This document shows positions 11,249 through 22,898 of a DNA stretch of 64,000 bases, piece by piece. The translations under genes were made by a program, and so were the position numbers. Origin of the DNA: Yuukianura sp. NJ FZ-2021 (lineage: Eukaryota); NCBI GenBank assembly GCA_046563655.1, contig CM102286.1, forward strand, positions 3,782,001 through 3,846,000. Reading direction: 5' to 3'. The notes beneath the pieces were generated by a model, which made no database searches, had not been told where the DNA came from, and worked only from the letters and a program-made list of their open reading frames with translations. Within the stretch, counting starts at the first letter, position 1, and the number at the start of each line of letters is the position of its first letter.

Positions 11249-12517
11249 ATGACACTGCCGTACATTTCTCAGAATTCAACTTTGTTAGAAAAAAACTACA
11301 GCATGATTTCTTTCACTGAATTTAAAATTTACTCAACTGCACTTACACTTATTTCAAAATCAAAGTTTATTCCATTTGAATTTCAAAATGGAATTCTGCT
11401 ACAACGGAAATCTGCTTGGAACAAATTTTTTTCAGCAAAGTTGCAGGTTGTGAACAGCTTGTCTTGTATTTTCTACGTGATTGAAGCCAAAAAAAACTTC
11501 CAAAACAACAACGCAGGAATGGGACTCTTGGATTGTTTTTACAGTCTGGTTTGCTTCAGTGGAGTAGCGTTTCAGTTCAGTATTCAACGCCAATTGCCTC
11601 AATTGCTACAATTTGGAAACAGTTTGATTTTGTTCAACAAAGTTCTTGGGGACAAATTTTTCAAACAAGAAGTTGGCCCTAGAAAATTTTGGGCTGAAAT
11701 AATATATTTTGCACTATTATTTTTCTCTACCGCTGCATGTAGCAGTGCCTGTTTTCAAATGATTTTTTTCAAATTCGGAGGATTTGGATCTGCCATCTTT
11801 AGTTTTTGCTTTATCATTTGCACAGTTTTGACTGCTCTTTCGATAGTATTCAGTGCAAATTTTCATTTAGTTCTTTTCACTCCTTCGATTACAACAATTG
11901 CTTTCTGGCTCAAAAAATCGTGGTAAGTAAAAAATTTCATTCACCGACAAATCGTGTTTTCAAACATTCGTACTCAGCCTTTCACCAAATCAAAATTCCG
12001 AACTTCTAAAGAAAAATTTTGAATTTCCTTCAACAGCATGGGGTGGCCTTTGGTGGATAACGACGAAACCACAGAATTGCAGTACGAGCGTATTAAGTTG
12101 TACAGAAAAGTGACCATTTTGAATGAAATGCATAACGCTGTATTTGCACACGTTTTTGTTCCCGCGATCAAATTTGTTTCAATTTTGTCATTTTATATTG
12201 TCGTATTTGCCGTCGTTCGTCTTAGGACTAAACTAGATACTTTTCTGTTTTCATTGTTTTTTGTTTATTTGATCATCCTTGCTCTGGCCGTTGTACCTGG
12301 AGCTCTGGCAATGTCACTCGTTTTCAACATTTCAAAACAATTCCATCAAAATATGAGACGCAGAAATTTGGCGGGAAAACTTGAAGTTGACCTTAGATCA
12401 ATTCCGGTCATCAAATCCAAAATTGGAGGATTTTATTATATGGAAAGTGAAGCGAAGTTGACGCTTCTGGACAACATAACGCGTGGAATTGCATTTATGC
12501 TAATTACATTCAATTAG
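11249..12517 (+). CDS. Gustatory-receptor-like 7TM chemoreceptor (2 exons, about 366-384 aa)
   Basis: Exon 1 is 11249-11922 (TG|GTAAGT) and exon 2 is 12037-12517 (CAACAG|C); the phase-2 join is in frame. There are multiple hydrophobic helices and a GR-type C-terminus (LRSIPVIKSKIGGFYYM...LTLLDNITRGIAFMLITFN*). An alternative ATG lies at 11303. Confidence 0.75.
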
Positions 12518-12906
12518 TTTTGCGTGTTAGTAATTAATTACTAATTCAAGATTATGGGAAATGTTGAGCTATTTTGTAGATAATTGTCGCTGACTATCCG
12601 ACAGCCGGACAGCGAGCGTCAACGTCCAATGAAGTAGCTCTCTTAATTTATGTACTATATAATATAAGAAGGTAGTAGTAAGAATTTGGGTGTATAATAA
12701 CTTACTTACCTAGCTGCTTGCTGGTATTTCATTTGTGTTAGTTACATTAAATAACTGTGAGGCATATTAAATGAGAGAGGTCAATGGTTAACCGGTCTTA
12801 AACTACTTACGCACATCCGGTTTACAACCTGTGTATTAGAACGGAAATAAACAATTTAGCTGCTTGAGTGGAACGGAAAATGCCGATATGTGACCGCGAT
12901 ATTCTG

Positions 12907-12915
12907 GGCGGGAAA
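12907..12915 (-). promoter_or_regulatory. E2F-like site in the GC-richer TRAP1 promoter region
   Basis: GGCGGGAAA (TTTCCCGCC on the minus strand), about 230 bp before the TRAP1 ATG. A likely non-coding exon donor (GTAAGT) lies near 13060. Confidence 0.25.
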
Positions 12916-13144
12916 GCAATAAGTTCAATTTTGATCTCATATCGTGCATCGCATCAGCTGCTAATGCGCCCGGTTAGGGTAGACTGAACGACATCTTCGA
13001 CATCTTGTTTACGACATCAAGGTAACTTAAGTACCTAGCTGGAAACCATTGCGTCAACGGTAAGTCATTTTACTGTTTTTTAGTTGTTCACTTTTTGTAG
13101 CATGTTTTTCATCCACACACAGTACATTAACATCAATAACAGCA

Positions 13145-16100
13145 ATGTCTACGCCACTTCGTGTTGCCGGTTTACATGTCTTGCCGAAACTACGATTAAT
13201 TCGAGAACTTCAATCAAGGACTGTATGTTCAGCAGTCAGGGGTGAGGTGTCATTGGTTTAATACTGATAAAAGCTGTAGTGAATTTTATAACATGTTTAT
13301 TTTACCGGATTCGTAAATACGAATCTGCAAATATTTGCAGAATACTCAATCCACGGAGGAACTTATAGTACGTCGAACAGAAACAAAACTTACGCAAGTG
13401 GTTTGCATAAACGTCTTTATGGCTCATCATCTACTGCTGCATCTTCAAAGGAAGGAGAGACCGAATCGAACCAAAGTCAAAACATTATTCGCAATACGGA
13501 GAAAGGATCCGGTACTTTTTTGTGGTGCTATGCTTTATTTGTACTTTGATTTGATTCTTTCTTTGATGTGATCCTGAACAGGAGTCAGGGAGAAGAGGGA
13601 GTTCCAGGCGGAAACCCGAATGCTTTTGGATATCGTCGCCAAATCGCTGTATTCAGAATCCGAGGTATAAAATTCAACGCTTTTTGTCACAGATATGTGT
13701 TTCTAAACATGGACCACAACATGTTTTAGATTTTTATTCGTGAGCTAATTTCGAACGCCAGCGATGCGTTGGAGAAGTTCCGCTTCCTGTCATTGTCCAA
13801 CGAAGACTTAGACCGAACTGACAGACAACTTGAAATCTTGCTTGGGACCGACAAAACTGGACGTACGTTCACGATTCAGGACACAGGAGTTGGGATGACA
13901 CGAGATGAAATGATCCAGAACTTGGGTACCATTGCCAAATCTGGATCGAAGGTATTAAAAATTCCAAATGGTTCTAACCCAAGGCAATGTGTACATATGC
14001 CATATAACCACTTATTACTTAAGGCTTTCTTGGAAGAACTCAAGGAAAAAGGTACTGGTGGAGATTCGTCTGCAATCATTGGCCAGTTCGGGGTTGGATT
14101 TTACTCCGTATTCATGGTTGCCAATCACGTCGATGTTTACTCTAAGTCAAGTCTTCCTGGTTCTACGGGGTTCAAATGGTCTTCTGACGGGTATGGTTTC
14201 AAGCAAATTATCCCCAAAACTAAAACAAAACATTACATTCTGCACGACGTTTGATTGGTTTGTAGGAGTGGAACTTACGAAATACAAGAAGCAGATGGAG
14301 TCGAGCATGGCACTAAAATTGTCATCCATCTCAAGCCGGAATGTCGTCAATTTGCTGATCAGGACACTGTGGATGGTAGAATTGTAACTTTCTTGCCGTA
14401 ATTGGCTGTATGTCATTATAGTTTATGTATTACAGGAATCGTGAAGAAGTACTCCAACTTCGTAGGAAGTCCAATTTTCCTCAATGGTACCCAAGTCAAT
14501 CGAGTGGAGGTAAGTTTCTTCTCAATGTGTTTTATATTGCAGGCGATCAATTATCGTTTACTAAATACGTTGCTAAATGATATACTCACTAGGCACTTTG
14601 GCTGAAAGACCCAAAAACTGTGGATGCAAAGATGCACGAGGATTTTTACCGCTTCATCTCGGCGGGATACGATAGACCCAGATTTGTTCTTCATTTTGGT
14701 ACTGATGTCCCTCTTAGCCTTCGATGTCTGCTCTACATTCCGGAAGGGAAGCCCGGGCATTTTGAACTCAGTCGAGAGGCTCAAATCGGAGTGTCACTGT
14801 ACTCAAGGAAAGTCTTAATTAAAAATAAGGCTGATAATATTATTCCAGCTTGGCTCAGATTTCTAAAGGGTACTTTAACATATATCTTCTTCAGTTTTAT
14901 ATCGCATTTCAAACGCTAACGACTTGTGTTCTGATAATTGTAGGAGTTGTGGACTCGGAAGACATTCCACTCAACTTGAGCCGTGAGCTGCTACAAGAGG
15001 GAGCACTGATTCGGTAATTCAAAATTAAACAGGATTTGTTTTGAATGTTGATATCGACACGACACATAATAAAACGGTTTCTTTTTCAGAAAATTGCGAA
15101 CGGTGGTGATAAACAAACTGCTTCGCTTCCTTCACGAAAGAGCGCAAAAGGAACCAGAGGAGTATGCCAAATTCTACAAGGACTACGGCATTTTCCTTAA
15201 AGAGGGAATTATTATGGAGAATGAACAATTGCACAAGGTTAACCTTAGTATGTATAAACAATGTAATCATTGATAACCTGGCACTGCTTTCGATAATTCG
15301 CTGTATGTTTTGTTTCTCCAGGAAGAAATTTCCAAGCTTCTTCGCTTTGAATCTTCGAACAAACCCGGCGGGGAAGTCGTCAGCCTTCCAGAATACGCGA
15401 ACCGAATGCAACCTGCTCAAAAAGACATCTACTACCTGGCTGCACCGAGGTAATTTTCTTTTTGATGTTTCTTGTAACAAATTTGTTAATGAAACGTTTA
15501 TTTTCTTTACAGCCGGGAATTAGCTGAACGATCTCCATACTTGGAAGCACTTCGAGAGAAAAAAGTGGAAGTTTTGTTTTGTTTTGAGCCTTACGACGAA
15601 ATTGTTCTACTACAACTACGACAATTTGATGGAAAGTCGATCACTTCCGTGGAGAAGGAGATGAGACAAATGAAGGAAGACTTCGATCTGGATTCTTTGC
15701 GTAAGTATAGGAGTTTTATAAACTTTCCGTCTGGATTGAGTTCCATTGATATGTAGGTATGTGTTTATGTGTTTCGTTTTGTTAATACAGCAATTGGAAG
15801 CCTTTCAAGACCAGAAGCCGAGTCTCTGAGCCTTTGGTTACAACAAGTTCTCAAAGGCCGTGCTCACACTGTGAAATTGACACAGAAACTGGAGGCTCAC
15901 CCTTGTGTCGTAACTGTTGAAGAAATGGGGGCTGCCCGCCATTTCATTCGAACTCAATCTTCACAACTTACACCAGAAGCTCGCTACTCAATTCTTCAGC
16001 CTCGATTTGAAATTAACGTCAAGTGAGTTTATATGCTGTGAAAAATTCGTTTGCATTTTAACCATTTTCTCTCTCATTTTAGGCACCCGTTAATTAAGAA

Positions 16101-16318
16101 ATTAAGTTCACTGAAAGATTCCGAACCGGACTTGGCGGTGCTATTGGCAGATCAGGTATAATTCCACACATAATTTTTTAATCTGCAAGTATCTTTCATG
16201 TCTTGCTTTTATGTAGCTTTTCACTATGGGAATGGTCACCGCTGGACTGGAAGATGATCCACGCAGAATGGTCTCAGGGCTAAATGAGCTCCTCACAAAG
16301 GCGTTAGAAAAGCATTGA
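13145..16318 (+). CDS. TRAP1: Mitochondrial Hsp90 (TRAP1/Hsp75), multi-exon
   Basis: Arg/Leu/Ser-rich transit peptide [25 protein letters not shown]. Motifs: [101 protein letters not shown]. It ends LLTKALEKH* (TGA 16316-16318), with no MEEVD or KDEL. Confidence 0.96.
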
Positions 16319-16981
16319 AAATCGTCAGAACTGAAGTTACAACAATCTCTGATGCTTTATAACAATAAGTAACTAATTATCTGCAATCCACTGCAACACT
16401 GCGCCTTGGAAATTAAAAAAAAAATTTTGTTACACTTTTCTATTTTGTGACAAGAAGTGGCTAAGCGGCTTTAGTAACTTTAGAAAAAAAAGTTTTTGAA
16501 AAGTGAAGTTTTATTTATCACAACTTAGGAATTAAAGGAACTGCTAAAAGAATTACCAAATCTCTTCTCTTTGAATTTGTATTACAAATTGTGTGGTCAA
16601 GGCAAAAGTCAAAGAAGCAACTGTACCTACAGCATTGCATAATACTTTAGTAATTTTTATACTCTAATTATGTGTTCCTACACTGTTTTAGTTTAGCAAT
16701 GATGGTAGTGACTCAGCCCAACTACTATAATACATAACAACTTAGCGGCATTAAGTTAAGAGCATCTTTGAAGTTATTTCAAGGAAAAGTTAAAAAAAAT
16801 TCTTATTAGCGTCACGACCAGTAAGCAGGACGTAAAGGACATTAATATAAACCACTTTCAAGTTGTCTGTTATAGTAGCACGTAGCAATTGAACGTTCCA
16901 ATACATTTTTTTCCTTACAATTTTCAGTAATTTCTTAACTTCGTTTAAGAACAGTTCGAGAGTTACAAATTATAACTTGCA

Positions 16982-17676
16982 ATGGGATTTGACATAACCT
17001 TACTTTGGAATTTTCCAATAGGAGTTTTACGACTAGTCACAGTGGTACGATTTTTTAAACAAAAAATTTACTTTTTTTTAAAAGTAAACCGCAACTTAAA
17101 GAAAATGTTGATTTTAGGTTGTTGGCGGCATTGCAGTTGGGTTGCTAACGAAAGGTCATGATGCCAACTTGGAAAAGGAAGTGGCTGCACTGGCGTTAGT
17201 CAGTTTTTGTTGCATTGGAACTGCAGTGCTAACAGTTACGCTTGTCAGCGGAGTGCTAAACGTTTCTTCAAAGAAGTTGAAGAAATTTGTGAGTTTACTC
17301 TTAGGAATTGACAAATTTCTCACAATCGACTTGATACGTTTTTCACTTCAGGTACTTAACAACATCCATTTTGTTGTACATTTTCAGGAGTTTGTTTTTG
17401 CCATCGTTTGTAGTGTTCTACTAATCACAGCTGGAATCCTGATCCTCAACAGTGTTTTCAAGGATAGGCCGAGTTGTACTTTCGGAAAGCAGACTATCAG
17501 TCCTTGTCAGGAGAGCTACGGCCTAAGTGTTGCTGGAGGCGTAAGCCCATTTTCACAAAAAAAATAAAAAAAAAACGGAAAGTTTTCAACAACTATTTTG
17601 CTTTTTTTAGACCCTCTCGTTGGCCAACAGCGTCATTTACGGAACTCTATCTTACTACCTGATGAGGAAACTTTAA
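16982..17676 (+). CDS. Small four-TM MARVEL/Snakeskin-like membrane protein (150 aa, 4 exons)
   Basis: Exons 16982-17044, 17118-17288, 17388-17540 and 17611-17676 are all phase 0 with GT-AG boundaries. Four hydrophobic segments: GVLRLVTVVVGGIAVGLL, ALALVSFCCIGTAVLTVTLVSGVL, EFVFAIVCSVLLITAGILIL, AGGTLSLANSVIYG. The family label rests on topology and the TM4 pattern only. Confidence 0.7.
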
Positions 17677-17787
17677 GCGGCTTAAATTAAAACGCCTCCG
17701 CTCAATATGACTTTTGAAAATTAGTTTATATCTCCTACTTGAATTCAACAGGTCATTAGCGCAAAAACAATAAGCTTGAATTAAGGT

Positions 17788-17971
17788 AGCTGGCAACAGT
17801 GGAGTTGTATTTTATAGAGTAAGCTGGCAACAGTGGAATAGAACCTTAATATTAGAGTAAGCTGGCAACAGTGGAATTGAACCTTAAGCAAGCTGGCAAC
17901 AGTGGAATTGAACCTTAAGCAAGCTGGCAACAGTGGAATTGAACCTTAATTGGAATTCAGTGTTACCAGCT
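17788..17971 (+). repeat. Tandem array of five AGCTGGCAACAGTGGA units plus one inverted copy
   Basis: Copies start at 17788, 17822, 17860, 17891 and 17922 (periods 34, 38, 31, 31). An inverted variant, CAGTGTTACCAGCT, lies at 17958-17971. Confidence 0.9.
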
Positions 17972-18029
17972 TGTAGAATTCGCACTGATTGTTTTCGCGC
18001 TAATGACCTGGAACCATTGAATTTTGTTT

Positions 18030-18409
18030 TGCACGTTATGTTTCACTTATCGCTTCCAAATGACTGGGAATTTAGGAATGTGGCGAATCCTCGACCGAAA
18101 ATTAGGAAAGCCGTGACCTAGAAGATCCTGTTGCACGCTGAAGTTTTCTTTGTTCTAAATCTAAATTGCTTTCTTGTGGTCGGAACGTGGGAGTTTTCAA
18201 AATAATTATTTTAGAGAATGGTTTTGTTTGAGGTGATGTTTTGGAATTCGTCTTGATTGGAGGCTGTCACGAATGTCAGTTCACGATTTGACATGCAACT
18301 GCGGGATTCTTTTGGTTTAAGATGTGTATAAACAAAAGTAGAGGCAACCACAATAGCGTCTTCCTTCGGAGAAAGTACAAAGGCGTTTCATCTTCCGTGT
18401 TCAATTGAG
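18030..18409 (+). pseudogene. Decayed extended-PHD zinc-finger gene fragment (G2E3/PHF7/PHF11-like)
   Basis: Remnants occur in the expected order but in broken frames: CTLC (18030), KILLHAE (18122), GDVLEF, LRCV*, ATTIA-S-SFGE-S-TKAFHLPCSIE, then GTAAG at 18410. The two Ser codons (TCT, AGT) are one base from TGT at the Cys positions of the ePHD GAxIxC-x4-C-xxxFHxPC pattern. Confidence 0.5.
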
Positions 18410-19551
18410 GTAAGGAGAAAGTTGTTTGTAAATTGTAAGAAACATGAGGGTCTCTTGAGGAAAGCCTCTTCTGCTAACAATGAAAACTAACATGAACAAT
18501 AGACTTTAGTCAACTGAACATTCATTTGTTATGTCAGTTGACTCATCAGTGATTACGCAACTTCTATTTTAAATGTTATTTTGCTTGTAGCACTTTCCTA
18601 ATGGAAGAAACGAAGTGACGTCATTTCTGTTTTTCCGCGACAAGAAAGCAAGGAGATTCAGAGAGACAAACTTCGGATTTTTTTTAGAAAAATAAATATG
18701 AAATATTGTGACGGCAGTTGGTGCATTTCGCGATAGTTTAAAGCAACTAATGAAATGTCAACAGCCTGTAGACATTCAACTTAAGATTGAGAATAATGAT
18801 CGTCATGTATATTTAATTTGTGGTGTAATTTATGATTTATCAAGAAGTGAAGCTCAGCTACTTTATGGTTTGCCCTTGTCTGTCTGCCCGTCTGTCTGCA
18901 AGATGTCTGTCTGTCTGGTCCTAAATGATCTTCCAGGTCAAAGGTAATTTTTTTTCTGGTTAACGTGTATAACTATAGGACATTATTGTTCTTCATAATT
19001 TGCCGTTTTTAGAAACTATTTGTTAATGTAACACTATCTCTTGCTTCGCTACTTTCTTAAACTCCGGGTTACTACCGAATTTTTCCGACGAGTTTGTCAT
19101 GTACTAGTGTGTTCTCCACTTATGAATCAAGCATTCCACTTCGAGAGAAAATCAAATCGCTTGGGAAAAGTTTTTTCTATGTAATCGGCCAAATCTACAC
19201 AAAAGAAAGTCACCAACAGAATTTTATTTTTTTGGTGAAACACATCAATTTGTGTCAAAGTTTGCCAATTTTACTCAATAAACAACAAATTGAAGCTACG
19301 TTTTATTTTTTTACACTATATTATATTTCTCTAACAATTTTTGATGTATCAATGTGAATATAATTTGAATTCAGAGAAAGCTAGTTAATTTAACTAAAGT
19401 TAAATCAACAGTTGAAATGTAACTTACTAAAAAGTATTTGCTTTAAACTGTTTTGGAATGATGCTGTTTTATAAACTTCGTTTTTCATACTGCAAACCAG
19501 CATTAGGGTTAACTGCCAACAGTCGACGGATCTTGAAGTCGCTTGTTACGT

Positions 19552-22500
19552 TTAGTTCTCCATTGGAATTTCAGCTTCTGCAAAACAATAACAAGGTTTC
19601 AAATAGTTCTAAAAAGTTTTTCAAAATTATTTTAATCAAATTTTGTTTTAAAATCCGCAATCCTTCTTCGTCTTTTTTGCTAAAAACGAATCGCGACGCC
19701 CGATTTCGATTATGCCAACTTTTTTTAAAGCAGTTCCTATGTTTTAGACATCAAATTGAATCAAATTGAACTGGAAATGATTCATTTCACTTTAGGTTTA
19801 AGACAAAACGAGAAGAGTACGTGTTGCTGAAGTAGTTTTGAAGTGTTCAGGAAATTGATGTAAAGTGTAAGCACAAAGCTCTCTACCTAATTTCGTGTTT
19901 GAAATGTATTAGAAGCCAGGAATGGAATTCTTAGGCATGAAGAGACGGAAGTGCTTTCACTTTCAATCATAATCTCAACTCATACAAAACGTTTCAAAGA
20001 GGGATGGATTAAGGGTGGATTTGAATTTGCTTAGAAGCTTTTGTCTAGAGAAACTTTCCTGCAGAAGTGATTTACTTCATCATTAACTAAGCAGCATATG
20101 GCGAAAAAAAATCTTAAAAAGCGTTTAAACTTTTTCCATTTCCTAGTACATAGTTTTAGGAGCTCCAATCTTTCATTCAAACGATGTTTGGAATTTTTAA
20201 AAGCCTTTCACTGCCCAGTTAACATTGTTTCGAGGTAACCTCCAATCATTCGACTGTGCTTACCATTTTCGTAACGCTTTCCCCACGAGTTGCCTAATTT
20301 CTCCCAAGCCTTTTTGCTCCAAGGGCCTCTAAAATTGGCCAAAATCATTGCAGCCTCCCTGTCACTCGGCCGAAGTCCCCACGACCCTAAATAAAACAAA
20401 ACAAACATATCGGGTGTACCATAAGTCCGTTGGATCTTTCTCTACACAAAACTCATAGGCTCCAAAAACTCCACAGCGAGAGATAGGAGATGAGATGGAA
20501 AAGTTACACAGGGAGAAGAAGCATCCAACGGACTAATGGTACACCTGATATCAAATGCAACGCTTTTTAGTGCAATTAGGATGGAAATTGAAGTGAACAA
20601 ACGCATTGCAAAATAGGAAAAAACGGGTTCAGCGAATTTTGCACTCGCGTGGGGACAAAGTGTGGAACTCCAAATTGAAAACAATTGTTTTCTAAAGTTT
20701 CTGTACAATGGTACACGAGTTTCTGCATAATTGAATCTTTTCAGCAGAAATCTTATCTCTAGGGAACAATTTTTTCAAAAATCAGATATCCAGAAAGTAC
20801 TAGGAACTGAATAATTTAACGCAATTCTAACATTTAAATTGTGATTATCGTGACGTCGATACACAAAACTCGTCCAGAGAAGAAATGTTTCAAAAAAAGA
20901 ACGTAAGAAACAAAATGTTTTCTATTGTTATAGAGTTTAATAATTTCAATTAAAAAAAATAATTTAAAACTAAACTTCAGCTAAATGTAAGACAAGCATT
21001 TCATTGACTATTGGAAAAGTGGATTTATGTTTGTATAAGTGCAGGTTTCTACTGAACTGGTTAAAAACCTTTCACTAATGTTCTGTTTCAAGAGACAACG
21101 ACCATCTTTAGTCTAAAAGCCTAAAAGATTGTTAATCCTTGTCTTTCTCAAGCCCATCAAGCACTTAAAAGCAGACCTCTTCTGCATCGATTAGTCTTCG
21201 CAAATGCACTTGGTGAACGAAAACCAAGAAACTCGTCGTTACATTTTTTTTAAAAATATGTTCGACTTGATTAAAAAATTGGTTGACAGACTCTAATCAA
21301 TACTTCGGCTGTTAGATTGTAAAAGTAAAGCAAACAACAAATCGCAGGGCCAATTTTATGTTTGTAAATTTAACCCATCAGACGCCTAACCTTTGACCTT
21401 AAGTCAACAGAGCTATAAAATGTGATTTCGTTCCGAAACGTTCTTTGTCTGCTTCGGATCAGATGAAATCACGAAAAGTATTTTCGGATGTACTAAATTG
21501 GAATGTTGACTGAAGGGAGAATGACAAGACGACTTTGACCTTGTCGCTTTCAATCGAGTTTTAGCATTGGATGTTTCTTTAGAGGTTTTTCTCAGTTTTT
21601 TTTAAAGCTGAATTGTTTTCAACCCAAAAGGCCAAAAAGTGAAAGTGAAAACAGCAATGCGTATGTATGTGTTTTAATTATTCACTTTCTGAATTTTTAC
21701 ACGGTGGAAAGTGAACATACGCCCAATTTCCACTTGTCATTTCCCACTTCCAAAATTTTTCATTAACTTTTGCTCTTATGGTTCCTTAAATGCTTTTTAG
21801 AGGAAAAGCCACTTTCTCCGCCCTCTCTTGATCCTATTCCTTTTAATTACTTTTAGTTTTTCGGTTTCGTAGGTTTTGGCAAAATTGTTAGCATTTGAAA
21901 ATTTTTGAGTAAGATGTGGGAAGCAACTTTCGCTTACCTCTGATCTTGGTGGCCCACTCAGGTCGTTGTCTAATTTCATCTACGTCTTCTTCCGGTTCAG
22001 GAATTTGCGTCAGTCGTTTTCCCCAGGCACCATTTAGCCTTTCCCAAGCTCTCTTTCCCCAACCCGTGCCCTAAGACAGTAACACCAAAATCATAATTAA
22101 AATAACAACGTTTTACGTAAAGTTAATTCGGGAAATGGTTCGTTCTCAGGGAAAGCTACACACTCCGCTAACTTTCAATTCACTTTACTTTTCTGAAAAT
22201 GTGTGGTTGACTAACCTCAACTCAACAAACAGAACTTACGCTAAGAAAATCATATTTGCAAATTTTCAGCAACATGACTCTAACAAATCTTGTTTATACT
22301 CGGCTTAATACTAATTACTACTCGGCAACTGCAGATTTGGGGTTCATATTTTTAAAAAATCGACGCTTGGAATAAAAAACTAATGTGACATACTAATTGG
22401 CAGACTTTTTCAAAATACTAAACTATTTTTTGTGAAAGTGCTTTTGAAAATTCACCAGAAATAGTTTTTTAAAAATTAAGCAAACTTCTATTCAAAAATG

Positions 22501-22898
22501 GGTTTCTTAAAAACGTAGATGGCAGCGAAAGGTTAAGTAATTCCTGAGCAGAGACTTCATTGTAAAAGTTTTTCAATTTTCTAAATCAGAACAAAAACTT
22601 CATTTTCTCTCTCACTTTTCTTTTGCGTGGCACTTCACAGGATTTCCATTAATTGAAATTTGAAAAAGCAAAGCGCGAGGCGATGATGAATAAAACTAAC
22701 CTGCAGATCTTGCCACCCCCGTTTTCCCCAAGAGCTTGAAACGTCTTGCCACCCCCGTTTGTTCAAATCGTAAAATCCGTTGCCCGATTCACCCAATGCT
22801 GTTGGAGAGGCCGCTATTTGTGGAGCAATAACCATAAGGAATGCGATGGAGGACGCAGACAAAGTTAGGAGAATCACCTTAGCACTTCCGCAAGCCAT
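19552..22898 (-). CDS. Mip: Allatostatin-B / myoinhibitory peptide (MIP, prothoracicostatic peptide) precursor, about 159 aa
   Basis: Exons 22701-22898, 21938-22070, 20264-20386 and an inferred last exon 19552-19577 (EAEIPMEN*). If the last intron is not spliced, the frame ends at 20208. A signal peptide is followed by KR-GWQDVSSSW-GKR, GWQDLQGTGW-GKR, AWERLNGAW-GKR and later KK-AWEKLGNSW-GKR, i.e. W(X6/7)Wamide peptides. Confidence 0.92.

Noticed and set aside
17788..17950. Repeat-spacer pattern resembling a CRISPR array
   Set aside because: The context is eukaryotic, the 15-22 nt intervening segments are copies of each other rather than unique spacers, and no cas genes are present.
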